Below, piece by piece: positions 50,591 through 63,439 of a stretch of DNA of 64,000 bases. The notes beneath the pieces were generated by a model, which saw only the letters and a list, made by a program, of their open reading frames with translations, was not told where the DNA came from and made no database searches. The position numbers and the translations under genes were made by a program. Origin of the DNA: Magallana gigas (lineage: Eukaryota); the NCBI RefSeq assembly GCF_963853765.1, contig NC_088854.1:3348001-3412000 (forward strand). The letters run 5' to 3'. How positions within the stretch are numbered: the stretch's first letter is position 1; each line of letters begins with the position of its first letter.

Positions 50591-52215
50591 AAAAGTGTAA
50601 AGGGGGTGGTGGTTTATCTCCTTTCACCCCAGCAGGACTCTGACCCCCTTCTAATTTTCCTAATTTATTTAAAAATGGTAGTTTCCCACCAAAACCTATA
50701 AGGATTTCATTGGCTCCTCTCCATAATTTGAGTATGCACCAATAAGGCAGTATCGAAGCCAAAAATGAACTGATATACTATAGAATATGCAACAGAACAG
50801 CACTTCTGCTCAAATACAAATCTACTGGTTCCCCACCTGTACATATATAGTACTCCTTTTAACTGTTTAAGTGAAATATTGTCGGTATTAACATTTTCAT
50901 TTGTTTTAATTGTTATCCTTTAATAATTTTTACACTATTCATTGGCATTTCTTTCTTTTGTAATTTTAATAATATGTCATGTACTTGTCTGCTCTGGACT
51001 CTGAATTAGAAATAAATGATCTGTGTCTGTATATAGAAAGTAATACGACTGGCCAAATCACATACTGTACCTTCAACTTATATTATACATGTAGTTACAT
51101 CAGATTTATCATTCTTAAACACAGACTTTACAAAAGAAGATATAGTTATACCATTCAAAAGGAAAAGATTTGTCCAAGCGTAAGAAACTGCTTAGAAAAC
51201 TGTATATTTCGCTTATTTACCTAACACACCATCACACACGTGTTGAATCAAAACATATTTTTAGACAAGTCGTACGAAAATTTTATTTGCGATATTTTGT
51301 TAAGTCGTTCGACGTCCAGGCACGCAGCATTGGAAGGGGGTGATGCAATAAACTGACATAAGCCTAAGGCTTACATAATTTTTGAGGTGCCCCCCCCCCC
51401 CCCCCATTTTTCGAAGCTTATGAAATAAAAGAAATTAAATTTGAAGACTTTATAGAACAACGTATTACCCCCTTCCCGGATTAAAATTTTGAAGACGGGA
51501 GAATTTAATGCTGCTTTTTCTCTCCTCTCAAGATTTTCGTTGCATCTGTGGCCACAGGGGCTTGTCTGTGGCCCCCTTCGCGTTTCAAAAATAACAACAT
51601 CGTCTTAAGCCATGGTTTGGAGTTCGCATAGCCCTCTCCAGGTGTGAGAAGATTGTACATATAATATCATTATAATCATTACGGGCTGTGGTTTCTGACA
51701 ATGACAACTGAACTCAGTGGAAAGTGCAAGATTTCAAAGGCAGGACAGCGGTGATTTGTTTTGCGGGTGAACTCGTTTACAGAAAGTGGAAATTCTTTAA
51801 AAAGGAAACCATTTTTTATCTTCAGCAGCAAAATTCGGAGTGGTTTTAACAGCGATTCGTCTAGAACCAATGGTTGTTGATCCTGTTCGACCCAGTTGCA
51901 CATTGCATGAATATAGCCTTTGTAAGGCAAAATTCGGAATTTTGCAGAAATGTGTAAAATTGTAAGGATGTAGAAGACGCTAAGATGAATATAACGCGAT
52001 ATACAGCCAGTGGTTACTGAAAATAATGAACAAGCTCTCCCAAACCAAGCTAGGGTTTCCGATACACAACCTAGTTTTGTAAGTGCATGGGGACTCGAGC
52101 GTAGTGTATCGAAAACCCTTGTCTAGTGCTGCAAAAGAGTTCCACCTCAGATAATAACCTAGATCACGTCTTGGTTTGATGGGTGATCAGAAGATAGTAG
52201 AGGACTGGTACAGCA

Positions 52216-52441
52216 TAGGCGTCGGAACTTTTTTTTGCAAATGTAGACCTAACCATTAGGCACATAGCATCATAGATCATTTTTATCGCCGGAAATATAA
52301 TATAGTTGTTCCTAAATTACCCCCCCCCCCCCCCCCCCACGGATTAGGATCTTCATGATTTTGGGAAACAGGTTTTTTCGCAATATTTCCGAGGATTAGT
52401 CTAGCCCCCCCCCCCCACTTTCAATTTCCTTCCGACGCCAG
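52216..52441. mobile_element. ~225-bp MITE with short terminal inverted repeats and internal poly-C tracts
   Basis: Ends TAGGCGTCGGAA and TTCCGACGCCAG. No clean target-site duplication seen. Confidence 0.6.
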
Positions 52442-52781
52442 TATACAGGTACATGTACATGCACTTTGGCTCTGTCATTGCGGTCCGGGACATGGACATC
52501 CTTCGGCCCAAAACGCGTAGAAGCCTCGCCCCTTGTAACGTATTCTCACCCTCGCCAAAATATTGCTCATATTTTAGGTGAATGAACCATATGTATTTTG
52601 AATTATTTGACCAAATTCCTGACTTCCTTTAATTTTATTAATTTCTATTTATTATGTTGACTAAGCAGTAGTATTCCGTAATATAGTTTCCGCATTCCCT
52701 TACAAGGAACCAAAACCTATTTTTATTTATAACTTTAATAGCTTATCAGCTAATCTAGTCTTTCAAACCGAAAGTAGAAAA

Positions 52782-55700
52782 ATGGTGACACTTGAACAGG
52801 TACTGGAAAACTTTGATTCCCACGATGATAGTGTGATGAAGAGAATAACAGATATTATAACTGGCCTTCTGGTAAGTTACAGCGGTGCCATCTACATATC
52901 TTTTGTTTCCAAGTTTTATACCTGTAATGGTAAAGGCTACATACATGTACATGTATTTATATGTTCAAGATGATTTGTAATGGTATGTGCAAGGGCGGAT
53001 CCAGGTCATTTTTCCGGCAGGGGTTTAAAAACGCAATTTTTTATTTTATTTTTTTTTACTAGAGAGTAAAGTCAAATCAACAACATGTTATTACACATCC
53101 AATTTGCATGGTCTTAACTAGGGTATATTTTCTCTGAGGCTAACATTCGACTTTTCAATTTTTTATGAGGAATCTGGGGGCTGCCTAAGGACCCCGGAGA
53201 TTCTCTTGATTCTAGTCATTTCCAAGCAAGTTTTTCTATGTTTATTGTAATCCTTTTTTCCCTTTTCTACTTAATTAAACAAAAGGATGAATTTAGGAAT
53301 TTATGTAAACGAGCTACATTTTGACTCGCAGTAAGTCTTATATATCACCTGCTATGTATAAAAAAAAAATCAAAGTATAATGAGTCACCATTATAAAATA
53401 CAACACGGAAAATTTTGGTCATAAAATTAGGAATCAACGCCGTGTGGCTTTCAAGCATTACAAAAAGTACTTAGGAAAAAAAGAACATTCTCATGAAATT
53501 CAGATTTATATAAAGATGCATTTAACGTATATTATACATGATAGCTGGTCGAGCCATATTTACCATGGCATCATATTAGCAATATGCATGTATGTTTAGT
53601 GGGCATAATTCTGTTTTTATTTCTAATAAAAAAGTATTTCTGTCATATTCGGCATGCATGAGGCATTTGCCTCAATTGCCTCTATGTAGTAAAGCCAGTA
53701 TATTTACATCTACCAAGTACTATTTCCTCTATTGCTTACGGAAACTTATAGTTAATTCATAACTCTATAGAAACAGCCAAACTGAAATCTACACGCCGCG
53801 TTTATCGATTAATCGAAATCTACAGCGGCTGAAACTGACAAGGAACTGTCAGGACTGATATCTACACGCCCTGTTTATCGATTAATCGAAATCTACAGCG
53901 GCTGAAACTGACAGGACTGAAATCTACACGCCCCGTTTATCGATTGGTCGAAACATACAGCGACCGAAGAAAAATCACGACTGCACGAAATAATCGTGAT
54001 GATGAGAAACTCAAGGTCTCACAAGAGACGATTTGGCTGTTTGTTTTAGCTACCGTACTTATGTACGTTAACAGTAATTTAGTGAACTTGACTAGCTTTT
54101 CATAATCAATTTAATATAAATAGTTAAAAGAAAGATGTTAATATAAACAATAAAATGCTTTCTTTGATGTTTCGAGTTGGTTATGATGGCAGCGATCATA
54201 AAGCGGGTTATGTATATTTTCTGCAATTGTCGCTACTTTCATATCCCTAGTGAATCACCAAAGAAAGCATTTTATTGTTTATTAAATAATTTAATTCTAG
54301 TTGTAACGCGCTTTCTGATTGGCTAAAAAATTATTTTATATCGTATAAAGAATGTTGCCTACGTCATAGTAAGACTAACGTCAAAAACGTATCAATACGC
54401 CTGACGTTAGGTTTGAATTTTGTACAATATTACGTCATTTTAAAGGTTAAATGATCGTTTTTATCTACAATGAAGTGTAAAAATATTAAATTATAAGCAA
54501 TGAATTCAATATTTATTTGTTTTATACGATATAAAATGGTTTGAAACAGTTTACGCTTTTTTATAAACCGCTTCGCGGTTTATAAAGCGTAAACTGCCCC
54601 AAACCATTTTATATCGTATAAAACAAATAAATATTGAATTCATTCCTTAAATATGGCACTGCTTTGCCTGTGATTGAAACGTGTATAGTCCAATAAATTT
54701 CAAATGACGTAATGTGGGCATAATCAAGTTTTCAATAATCAATTGCTTAAAATTATTTACATTTAAGTAATAAGGAGTAATTTTTTAAATTATGAGGTAA
54801 TAATTTTGGTGGGAAATCAAATCTATGATAAAATCCTTTGGGCTTTATCATAGATTTGATCTTTTAAGGCTTTATTCCGGCTCTATTGGATTTCATTACG
54901 CCCCGACCAAAATTATCACCTCATACTATTCAAAGAATGATTTCTTAATCCTTAAGTACATTTAATAACAAAACTAGTAATTCAAACATGTCAGTTGAAA
55001 TATGATTTGCTATTTATTAATGGAAATGTAATGTTTTTGGCTAAGTAGTCATTATATCACTATCTGATTTCTTCTTCGGATGGGGGGGGGGGGGGGGGGG
55101 GGGTTGGTTGGTCGGTTTTTAGTTGGTCACTAGAAGAGCCTGAAAAGGACATCAATTGACTCATGATAAAACAGTTATACGAACAATGATGTCTCATATT
55201 TGATGTTTTTAATTTCAGTTTCTATATTTTTAAGGCAAACGAAAAAACAAAAGTTGAAAGAAAAGTAGCTCAAGAAGAAGAACAAGTGAAAAAACTGAAA
55301 GAAAGGTAATAATTGCATGCATACACAATTAAGTTAAAGTTGTTGTGACAATTTACATGTCATTTTATAGTAGTTATACGATATTAAAGTGAATATATTT
55401 AGAATGCTTACGTTAAAAATCATCATAGAAAAATACTTCAATGTCTTAGACCTCTTTTATGAAATCAATTTTCAATCTTCTACGTTAAAAAAGTCTCACT
55501 ATATTTCTATGTTAAAATAGCAAACAGGCCAGTTTTTTATGTCCTGGTATAATAAATGGAAAATTCTGTTAAAGATGTTTTTGACGTTGAATGTAAGATT
55601 TTAATAAAAGTTTAAAGTTTGTTATCTATTTCAGTCTATGAAATGAATGAGCATTGCATTACATGTACCTTAGTACTGTAACATTTATTGGTAGATGATT

Positions 55701-58700
55701 TCCTAATATATATACATTTTAACCATTTCTTTTCACAGAAAAAATGTTCTAAAATAATTTACAATATTCTTTGAATCACGAGAAGGTTAATGAAGCTTTT
55801 ATATATTAATAAAATCCACAATGAATGTACTCTTTTTTAGTTCACTATACACGTCTTTGTAAACTTTGTTCAGAATAATCACCAACTATTCTGTCCAATG
55901 ATTTATAGGTTTGAAAACTATATTTTCCCCAGTAAGAAGATTTTTTCAAATCAACTTTTAAACCCGGCTGTCGTGGTTTTTGTATCAAGAGTGTTGACAC
56001 AGTATAACGCCGTTACTTCTTGTGATCAGGTGTACAATGTATGGAATTGTTTAAGTCTTCAATTTTACGTAAAAAAAGATTTTTGAAAAATAAGTTGTCG
56101 ATGTGTCTTCTATCAAACTGGGCGAATTACCATTGCCTAAATTTAGAATTGTTGTTGTAGTTAGATTTATGATTTTATAAACACTTAAACAATATATTCA
56201 TCTCTTCCTTCTTGATGTAAAAGAGAGAGCCACAAAATGTACAGCTTTCAATGATTATGGGGAAAATGTTTTGTGAACTGAATTATTCTCCCTTTGTCTT
56301 TTTTTTAAACAAACTACCCAGTGTAAAACATTGTCTAGGATTAAATATGGCTGTAAGGTGAAGTGTGTAAATTTTTCTGATGATTCAGTTCATGAAATTA
56401 AATTTTTCTTTAATGAAAGGTTCTCTAAGGATTTGACGATCAATAGCGTTTTTTGAAAAAGAAATGAAATGTAAATTCGTTAAGGAAAAACACCTCCTGC
56501 ATATGAGGCACGTAAAGTGACGGTATTAGAAGATTTGTGTATTATGATTCTGGTCAGGCAAGCTTCTCAGTTTATCCGTCTGTTGTAATTAAATGCACTA
56601 TTTGTATCACAGATTTCAATTTATTAGCTTTTTTATACGGACCGTATTGAATGATGAAAAGAATGCTAGAATATGTTCCCTTTTTGATTTACGGATACCA
56701 ATTACAATGTAATATGTAATATGAAATATGAAATATTGTGCGTATACAGAAGCTAAAATGTTATATACATGTACATATATCTGTTATATATATACAGAAG
56801 CTGAGTTAGCCCTTTTCAGTACTATCAGTACTTTGATTATCAGTTGTCAAAACTCATATCGATGTCGTTTCCTTTCAGTCTTGTTACCTTGTAAGCTCCG
56901 AGAATGCATTTGTTGATTAAGTCCTGTAGCGCTTTACATAAACAAACAACAATCAGAACTTGACAAGTAGTTTTCTCCTTCGCTTTGATCGCATACTTAC
57001 TCATTTGAAAAGAAGCAAATATCTTTTTTCATATTAAACAGATTGAGGAGTCTACAGGAAAATCCCAAGGATGATGGAACAAACTTAAATCTGTCAGATA
57101 CAGAACAGATATGGAAACATTTTGATCTACAAAGAACGGGAGTTATAGATGAGATAGGTGGAAACAGAAATGAACAAACTGTTTGTCTAACAGACAAAGA
57201 AAACACTAGCCTCGGAAACATTGCTAATGTAAAATTTATCACATTAAAACATTACTCTAGGACTATTTATATTGAACAAAGTTTTCGGTACGATTATACG
57301 TAGAAACCTACACAGTTCTATTCTTTCTTATTTGTGAATAGTAATTATTAGCTCACTTAATTGAACTGAAAGGTCAAGAAAGCTATTCTGATCACATTTT
57401 GTCTGCCGTCCGTCTGTCTGTAAACTTTTCACATTTTCAACATCTTGTCCAGAATGAGCCAAATTCAACCAAACTTAGCACAAAGCATCCTTTGGCAAAA
57501 GGGATTCAAAATTATGAAAATTAAGGATCAAGCCCTTTTACAAGGGAAGATAATTAGGAATTATATTTAATTGTGAGAAATTGTCAAAAATATTCTGCTC
57601 AAGATCCATTCATCCAGGAAAGCTGAAACTCATGTGAAAGTAACCTCAGGTAGTTTTATATTCAAAGTTGTGAAAATAATGACCCCTGGGGGTAGGGCGG
57701 GGGGCCACAATGGAGAAGGGTCAAATATTTTCGTAGTAATATAAAGAGTAAATCTTAACAAATAGTTTTCTCAAGAAATACTAGTATTTGGCCAGGAAGT
57801 ATCCTGAGGTAGTGTAGATTCAAAGTTGTGAAAATCATGACTCTTGGGGGTAGGACGGGGGCCACAATTGGAGGGGGGGGTCGTCAAATTTTTGCAAAGG
57901 AATATATAGAGTAAACCTTAAAAATATTCTTTTTAAGAGGTATTTGGCCACGAAAGCTGAAACTTGTGTGAAAGCGTCCTCAGATATTGTAGATTCAAAG
58001 TCGTGAAAATCTTGACTATCGGGGTAGGGTGGGGCAACAATGGGGGTGTGGATGGGTGGGTTGGTCGAAGTTTTACATAGGAATAGAATATAAAGAGAAT
58101 TTTTTTTAGAAATCTTTTCAGAAACCAATCAGCCAGGAAAGCTGAAACTTGTGCGGAAGGATCGTCAGGTTGTGAAGATTCAAATTTATTCAAATCATGA
58201 TATCCGGGTGTAGGATGGGGTCACAAGAAGCGGGAGGAGGGGGTGACAATTTTTTACTTAAGGATATATAGAGCAAAATCTTAAAATCGTTTTCTTAAAA
58301 ACCATTCGCTAAGGAAAACTGTAAATTTAGTTAAGATGGTGTAGATTCAAATTCGTTAAAATCAAAAACTAGTAGGGTAGGGCCACGTTGGGGATCCAGT
58401 TGTACAATGGAAAACATTTTACTTATTCACCAAAACTGTAATGTTATAATTATGGTTTTACTTATACTAGTATGCAAGCATTTTGACATATTGCCAATTC
58501 TTTTAAATTGTTTAGACTCTGGCCCCTGGGCGATTCTTAGGCCTCACAAGGGGTTCAGAGTTTTATGTAAGTTTATATTCCGTATATAAACAATTTCATG
58601 GGATCTTTTTAAGAACTGCAATGCTCAACATGTGATATGACTATAAAACCATCCTGTTAGAAAATGGACTTGATTATAAACATAAGAATATCCAGGGGGA

Positions 58701-60585
58701 AAGGACTTTTTATTTATACAGGATCGACACGCTGCACATGACGCATAATACCACATTGTCTAGATATATTGTATATGACTCCATGAAGCTGATTTTATCA
58801 TGCCTATTGTTTCTCAGGTGAGTGATGTGGCCCAGAGACCTCTTGTTTATGGATATTCTCAATTTAACTTTTATTTAACTTTAAAGGCTGCTTTGAGTCT
58901 ATGCGCAGAAGAATTTAAAAACCAAAAGGAAAACCTATTAGCAGCCCTAACCGGAAAACCCGTGGTAAGTAATTTATTCTAGGAATGAACTGTTCGATAA
59001 AATTAGGCTAGTTTTTAAAAAGTTTATTAACATAAGCGTTTGTACTGGTTCTAAATAAGTTTTTCGAAATTGCATTTAATACGTTATGATATGCTAATAA
59101 GAAACAAAATCTCTGTTGGCATTTAAATAGGTTTATTTAAAATTTTGGAGATATAAAACTTTTACAGTATTAAGTAAAATTCTTAAATTGTATTATGTAC
59201 AATTTAAGTAGTAGTCAATAAAATTCACAGACTACTGTTTCATTTTAGTGGAGGTGCATGGTTTACATGAATCATCTCAGTAGATTGAAATCATAGATTC
59301 AACAGAGTCCAGATGGTTTTTTTAGACAATGCTCGTGCTAAATTTATGTATTTATTTACAAAAGGAACTGTCTTCAAATGAGTTGAAAGAACTAAGGAAT
59401 GAAATCGAAACATTTCAACTGGAGCTGGAGTCTGACCTTGTTCCCTATCTCTTGGAGGTAACAAGAAAACTACTTTGCGATTTTTTTTGCTTAAGATATC
59501 CCACTCTTCAATGTTTTTGTCTCAAGAAATTCTAGAGAAGTATTTCGAAGTATATCATTGAAAATGTAGATGAAACATACTTTAAAATACAAAGATCAAA
59601 CATAATGGGGGGGGGGGGGGGTGTCAGTATTTATTCCTCTGAGTTACGGCCCATTTAATTGACCTTTTTGCACCTAAAAAGTAATTTCATCCTGATTAGG
59701 ATTGGTTGTCAGTATTATTGATTAAGCAAACTTATTTTTTCTTCAAACTTAATATTGTTTTTAATTGTGCACAATGGTCACACTAGATAGAGGGATTACG
59801 AAAAACGTTGGTACGAAGCTGCATAATTTTCATGTGACCTTTTGGCATTTAATATAGACATGTTCTATAATAGTTACAATTTGACTTTGAGATAAAAACT
59901 TTTTGAATGTCGAGAAGTTTTAAGATTAATTTAGTTTGCCTAAATTTTTATTAAGTATGTTTTTAAATAATAAAACATGGAGGTCAGTGATGTCATAGTT
60001 TAGATATTACCTTTGAAGCCCTATATCTAAAATCATTAAAAGATTTTTGATTATGTTTGTTTAATCTTTTAGAATTTGTGCAAAAGTCTATCAGAGACCA
60101 ACATATTGCCTTTAGTCATAACCAAAATCAAATCAGACTGGATTTTGAAAATAAATCAATCAGAAGATATAAAACTCAAGGGATCGCGGTGTGAAAAGTA
60201 TATGAAAGCATGCCTCAAAGTATGTTGGATCTTGGTTAAAGGTCAGCAGGAACCGGCAAAATTTGTCTGGGAGGTTAATGGCAATGAAAAATCATTTAAA
60301 TGTTTGACAACCTCTTGCAAAAAGCAAAAGAGCTGTGAACGACGAGTGTGTAGACCAGCGGTTTACAGAGAAAGTGACACAAGTGAAGGGAAATATACAT
60401 GTATGTCATGTACCCCAGGTAATACCCCAGAGCGAAATGAGTCTGCAAAAAGCGATAAAAAACAAAATAGAAAAAGTGCCCCTGTAAACACAACCGCGCA
60501 ACATGATGCTGGAAAACAGAGGAAAAGCACCTCGTCCACCGCAGCTCCATTTACCAATCAACCTCAAAAGGGCCTAGATTTCTAA
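52782..60585 (+). CDS. Uncharacterised coiled-coil protein (343 aa) with a divergent Mieap/SPATA18-like C-terminal domain
   Basis: Exons 52782-52871, 55235-55305, 57042-57228, 58887-58964, 59365-59457, 60073-60585; phases 0/2/0/0/0 give one 1032-nt open frame. The exon 3 donor (GTAAAA at 57229) is the least certain site. The last exon has KYMKACLKVCWILV...EPAKFVW...FK...RPAVY...G. Confidence 0.7.
53780..53968 (+). repeat. Three degenerate tandem copies of a ~60-75-bp unit
   Basis: ACTGAAATCTACACGCC..GTTTATCGATTAATCGAAATCTACAGCGGCTGAAACTGAC repeated. Confidence 0.85.
54144..54281. mobile_element. 138-bp MITE with perfect 23-bp terminal inverted repeats
   Basis: TAAACAATAAAATGCTTTCTTTG ... 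CAAAGAAAGCATTTTATTGTTTA. Confidence 0.8.
54283..54650 (+). mobile_element. Non-autonomous element with a 146-bp 3' hairpin (GCTTCGC loop)
   Basis: CTGATTGG near the 5' end. Near-perfect palindrome 54499-54644 centred on AAACCGCTTCGCGGTTT, ending in TTAA. Confidence 0.7.
54771..54954. mobile_element. ~185-bp fold-back element
   Basis: Inner hairpin ATCAAATCTATGATAAA...TTTATCATAGATTTGAT. Outer arms TGAGGTAATAATTTTGGT / ACCAAAATTATCACCTCA. Confidence 0.65.
57345..58848 (-). mobile_element. Non-autonomous Helitron/Helentron-type (HINE-like) element with satellite-like internal repeats, reverse orientation
   Basis: Left end TTATTAGCTCAC with a GTCC/GTCT tract at 57401-57421. Right end CTCAGGTGAGTGATGTGGCCC...CCTCTTGTT. 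Internal GATTCAAAGTTGTGAAAATCATGA recurs about every 160-185 bp. Confidence 0.8.
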
Positions 60586-60667
60586 ACACCTTACTAGGAA
60601 TTCCATTTATCACATTTTATATATTATTTAGATAATAGTGTAATGTTGTGATGTACTTTTAAAAAAA

Positions 60668-60671
<4 letters not shown>

Positions 60672-60753
<82 letters not shown>
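60672..60753. repeat. (TA)n microsatellite
   Basis: Pure TA run. Confidence 0.99.
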
Positions 60754-60756
<3 letters not shown>

Positions 60757-60792
60757 TCATTTATACAATTAAACAAATTTATTAAGTGTCAA

Positions 60793-60941
60793 TCATTTTA
60801 ATTAATCAATATTTTGACCTTAATACTTTATACCTTCCTATATTATTTAGTTTATGAATAATATTTCAATTATTTTAATTAATCGATATTTTGACCTTAA
60901 TACTTTATACGTTCCTATATTATTTAGTTAATGAATAATAT
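60793..60941 (+). repeat. Tandem duplication of ~77 bp
   Basis: TTTTAATTAATC.ATATTTTGACCTTAATACTTTATAC.TTCCTATATTATTTAGTT occurs at 60796 and 60873. Confidence 0.9.
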
Positions 60942-61003
60942 GAAAATGAGGTTATGTTGGTTTGTTAATGCTGGAACAGTAAATCTCTATATAACATTGT
61001 TTG

Positions 61004-61370
61004 TTATTATACTTTCATGTTAAATACTGAAATCTGATTGGTTTAGACGCAGTTGGTAATCCGTTCTATTACCCTCAGCGTTAGCAACACACTTGGCAAC
61101 GGGTAACACAAGGAATTGTTACATGCGCGTAAATTATGCGCGCACGGTTCGCCGTAGAATTCAGTTCATTTCTATATAAAAGCAGTAAAATTTTCTTTAA
61201 AAATAAAACATTCAGTATAATAAAATAAATAGTGCCTGTTTGGGAGGGTAACTGTTGAAATTGACACCCCTCGAAAACTATTGTCAACTTCCGCTTCGCG
61301 TCGGTTGACAATGGTTCTCTCGGGGTGTCAATTTCAACAGTTACCCTCCCAAACAGGCACTATTTATATA
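61004..61370 (+). mobile_element. ~370-bp non-autonomous element with a 3' hairpin (GCTTCGC loop), copy A
   Basis: Highly similar to 62973-63346. Hairpin 61226-61366 with arms AAATAGTGCCTGTTTGGGAGGGTAACTGTTGAAATTGACACCCC and its reverse complement. CTGATTGG near the 5' end. Confidence 0.8.
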
Positions 61371-62972
61371 CTGGTACTCCGTTTTTGCTGTTTTTCCGTA
61401 TTGTTTATAAAAGGCAATATCCCAACTTTAGTAAAATTTAAGGCATGCGAGTAGTTTTTGAGTTTAACAAATCAAAAAGGTTTATTATACTAGTATCAAT
61501 ATGGCTTTGTGTTGAAATAGGTCGGGATCAAAATGTTGCTAAACTGTCATTTGGTTAATCTGAAAATGAAACAAATAATATTTTTTATTTACTTGTTTCT
61601 GTTTGATCTGAGCTGTTAGTTTTGTATAGGTCTTTGCTTGTACCAGATAATAGTTTTCTGCAGATCTTGAACACGTGACTTTTATTAATCACATGACAGT
61701 TATTATAGATGATAAAATAATAGTTAAAAAACATTGTTGAAGTCAATTTTTTTTAAACCATTTATCAGCTATAGTTATGTATTGAAGAAAATGCCAATTT
61801 ATTTTGTGTCACCAAAAAGAATTATTAAAAAAAAATATTTCTTTTATAAGTGAGGTGACATATTTTTGTTAGGTGTATACTGTAACATGCCCTCATAGGA
61901 AGTACATAATTTAGGGGTTTAAAGATGTTAGTTTTAAAGATGTACAAAACCATAATTATATTCTAATTATTATTCTGTTGATGGTATTAAATAAATCCGA
62001 AGAATGTTTTCCTTTTTTGATGCTTAAAAACAGAAATTGTCTCACTAAGTCAGAATTGCAGAATGTGTTAGGAGTTGTTCCTATCATAATTTCTTCGTTG
62101 AATGTCAAGAAACTGGCCGGGAATTTTATATATGATAAAGCACATTCTAAGGTTGATGTACAAGCATTTTAAGAAAATTTCGTTCATTATCTTTTAAGTG
62201 CCATCACACAGTATAAAAACTCCAAAATTTTAAGTTTGAGTTTTATCATTTTTTATTGCTATTTGAAAAATAAACCAGTGTTGTAATTCATTCTTAAATT
62301 TATTTCCGTTCTTAAAATTATTGTATAAATTCTGTGAATAAATTCCATCTAATTAATTAATTTGTTGTCGTGAAAAATGAATTATGCCAGAAAAAGGGGG
62401 CGATGTATTTATATCAAAATATCTCCTTTGCAAGGCTGGAAAGGGGCCACAAAATATTATATGTTGGAGAAGATATCTTAAAAATTATGTGTTAAAAAAG
62501 CAGAAAAAAAAATCCCTGACCAAAAATGATACACTGCAAAGTCCGGTTCTTTCTTACATGATAATAAATTTCTCTTTTCCAATGATTGGTTGTTCTCAAC
62601 ATGTTGCTATAAAACCATTAACATTCAGTAATACCGTATATCAGGTTTTATCCGCGTGTATCCAATTTCCGCTTTGTTCGCGACGATTTCCGAATCGCAG
62701 AAAATAAATCAGCGTAAATTTGATATAAAGATTCGTTTTTGTACAGGTAACTAAAAGTACGATGAACTGTGTTCAGTTAGTTTACTTAGAGGTACAGATT
62801 GCGGGATCGGAGGACAAGCGCCATATGATAGATTTGTAAGCCTCGTTGCAATTGTTTATTTAACAATCCATTGACAAGCTGATTAATTAAAACGGTCGCA
62901 TTCCTTGCGTAAACCGATGTCTAATTATACCTGAGCCACTGGTACATGTAACGATACATGATCTATTTATTT

Positions 62973-63346
62973 TTATTATACTTTCATGTTAAATACTGAA
63001 ATTTGATTGGTTTAGACGCAATTGATAATCCGTTCTATTACCCTCAGCGTTAGCAACACACTTAGCAACGGGTAATACAACGAATTGTTACATGCGCGTT
63101 AATTATGCGCGTACGGTTCGCCGTGGAATTCACGTCATTTCTATATAAAATCAGTAAACAAAATCTCTAAAAAAAAAATTAAGACATTCAGTATAATAAA
63201 ATAAATAGTGCCTGTTTGGGAGGATAACAGTTGAAATTGACACCCCTCGAAAACCATTGTCAACTTCCGCTTCGCGTCGGTTGACAATTGTTTCCTCGGG
63301 GTGTCAATTTCAACTGTTACCCTTCCAAACAGGCACTATTTATATA
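62973..63346 (+). mobile_element. ~370-bp non-autonomous element with a 3' hairpin (GCTTCGC loop), copy B
   Basis: Same sequence and orientation as copy A in unrelated flanks. Hairpin 63202-63342. Confidence 0.8.
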
Positions 63347-63439
63347 ATGACTGTTTGCTTCTTAGAAAATAATTATCGGTAGTTATTTCATATTAAGGAA
63401 AACGTGTAAATGGATTCATTGTCCGAATTTTTCATTATA

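Noticed and set aside
51679-51930. 83-aa minus-strand ORF between the divergent genes
   Set aside because: TTG start, no recognisable domain and no linked exons. It could be a pseudogene or TE fragment but this is unsupported.
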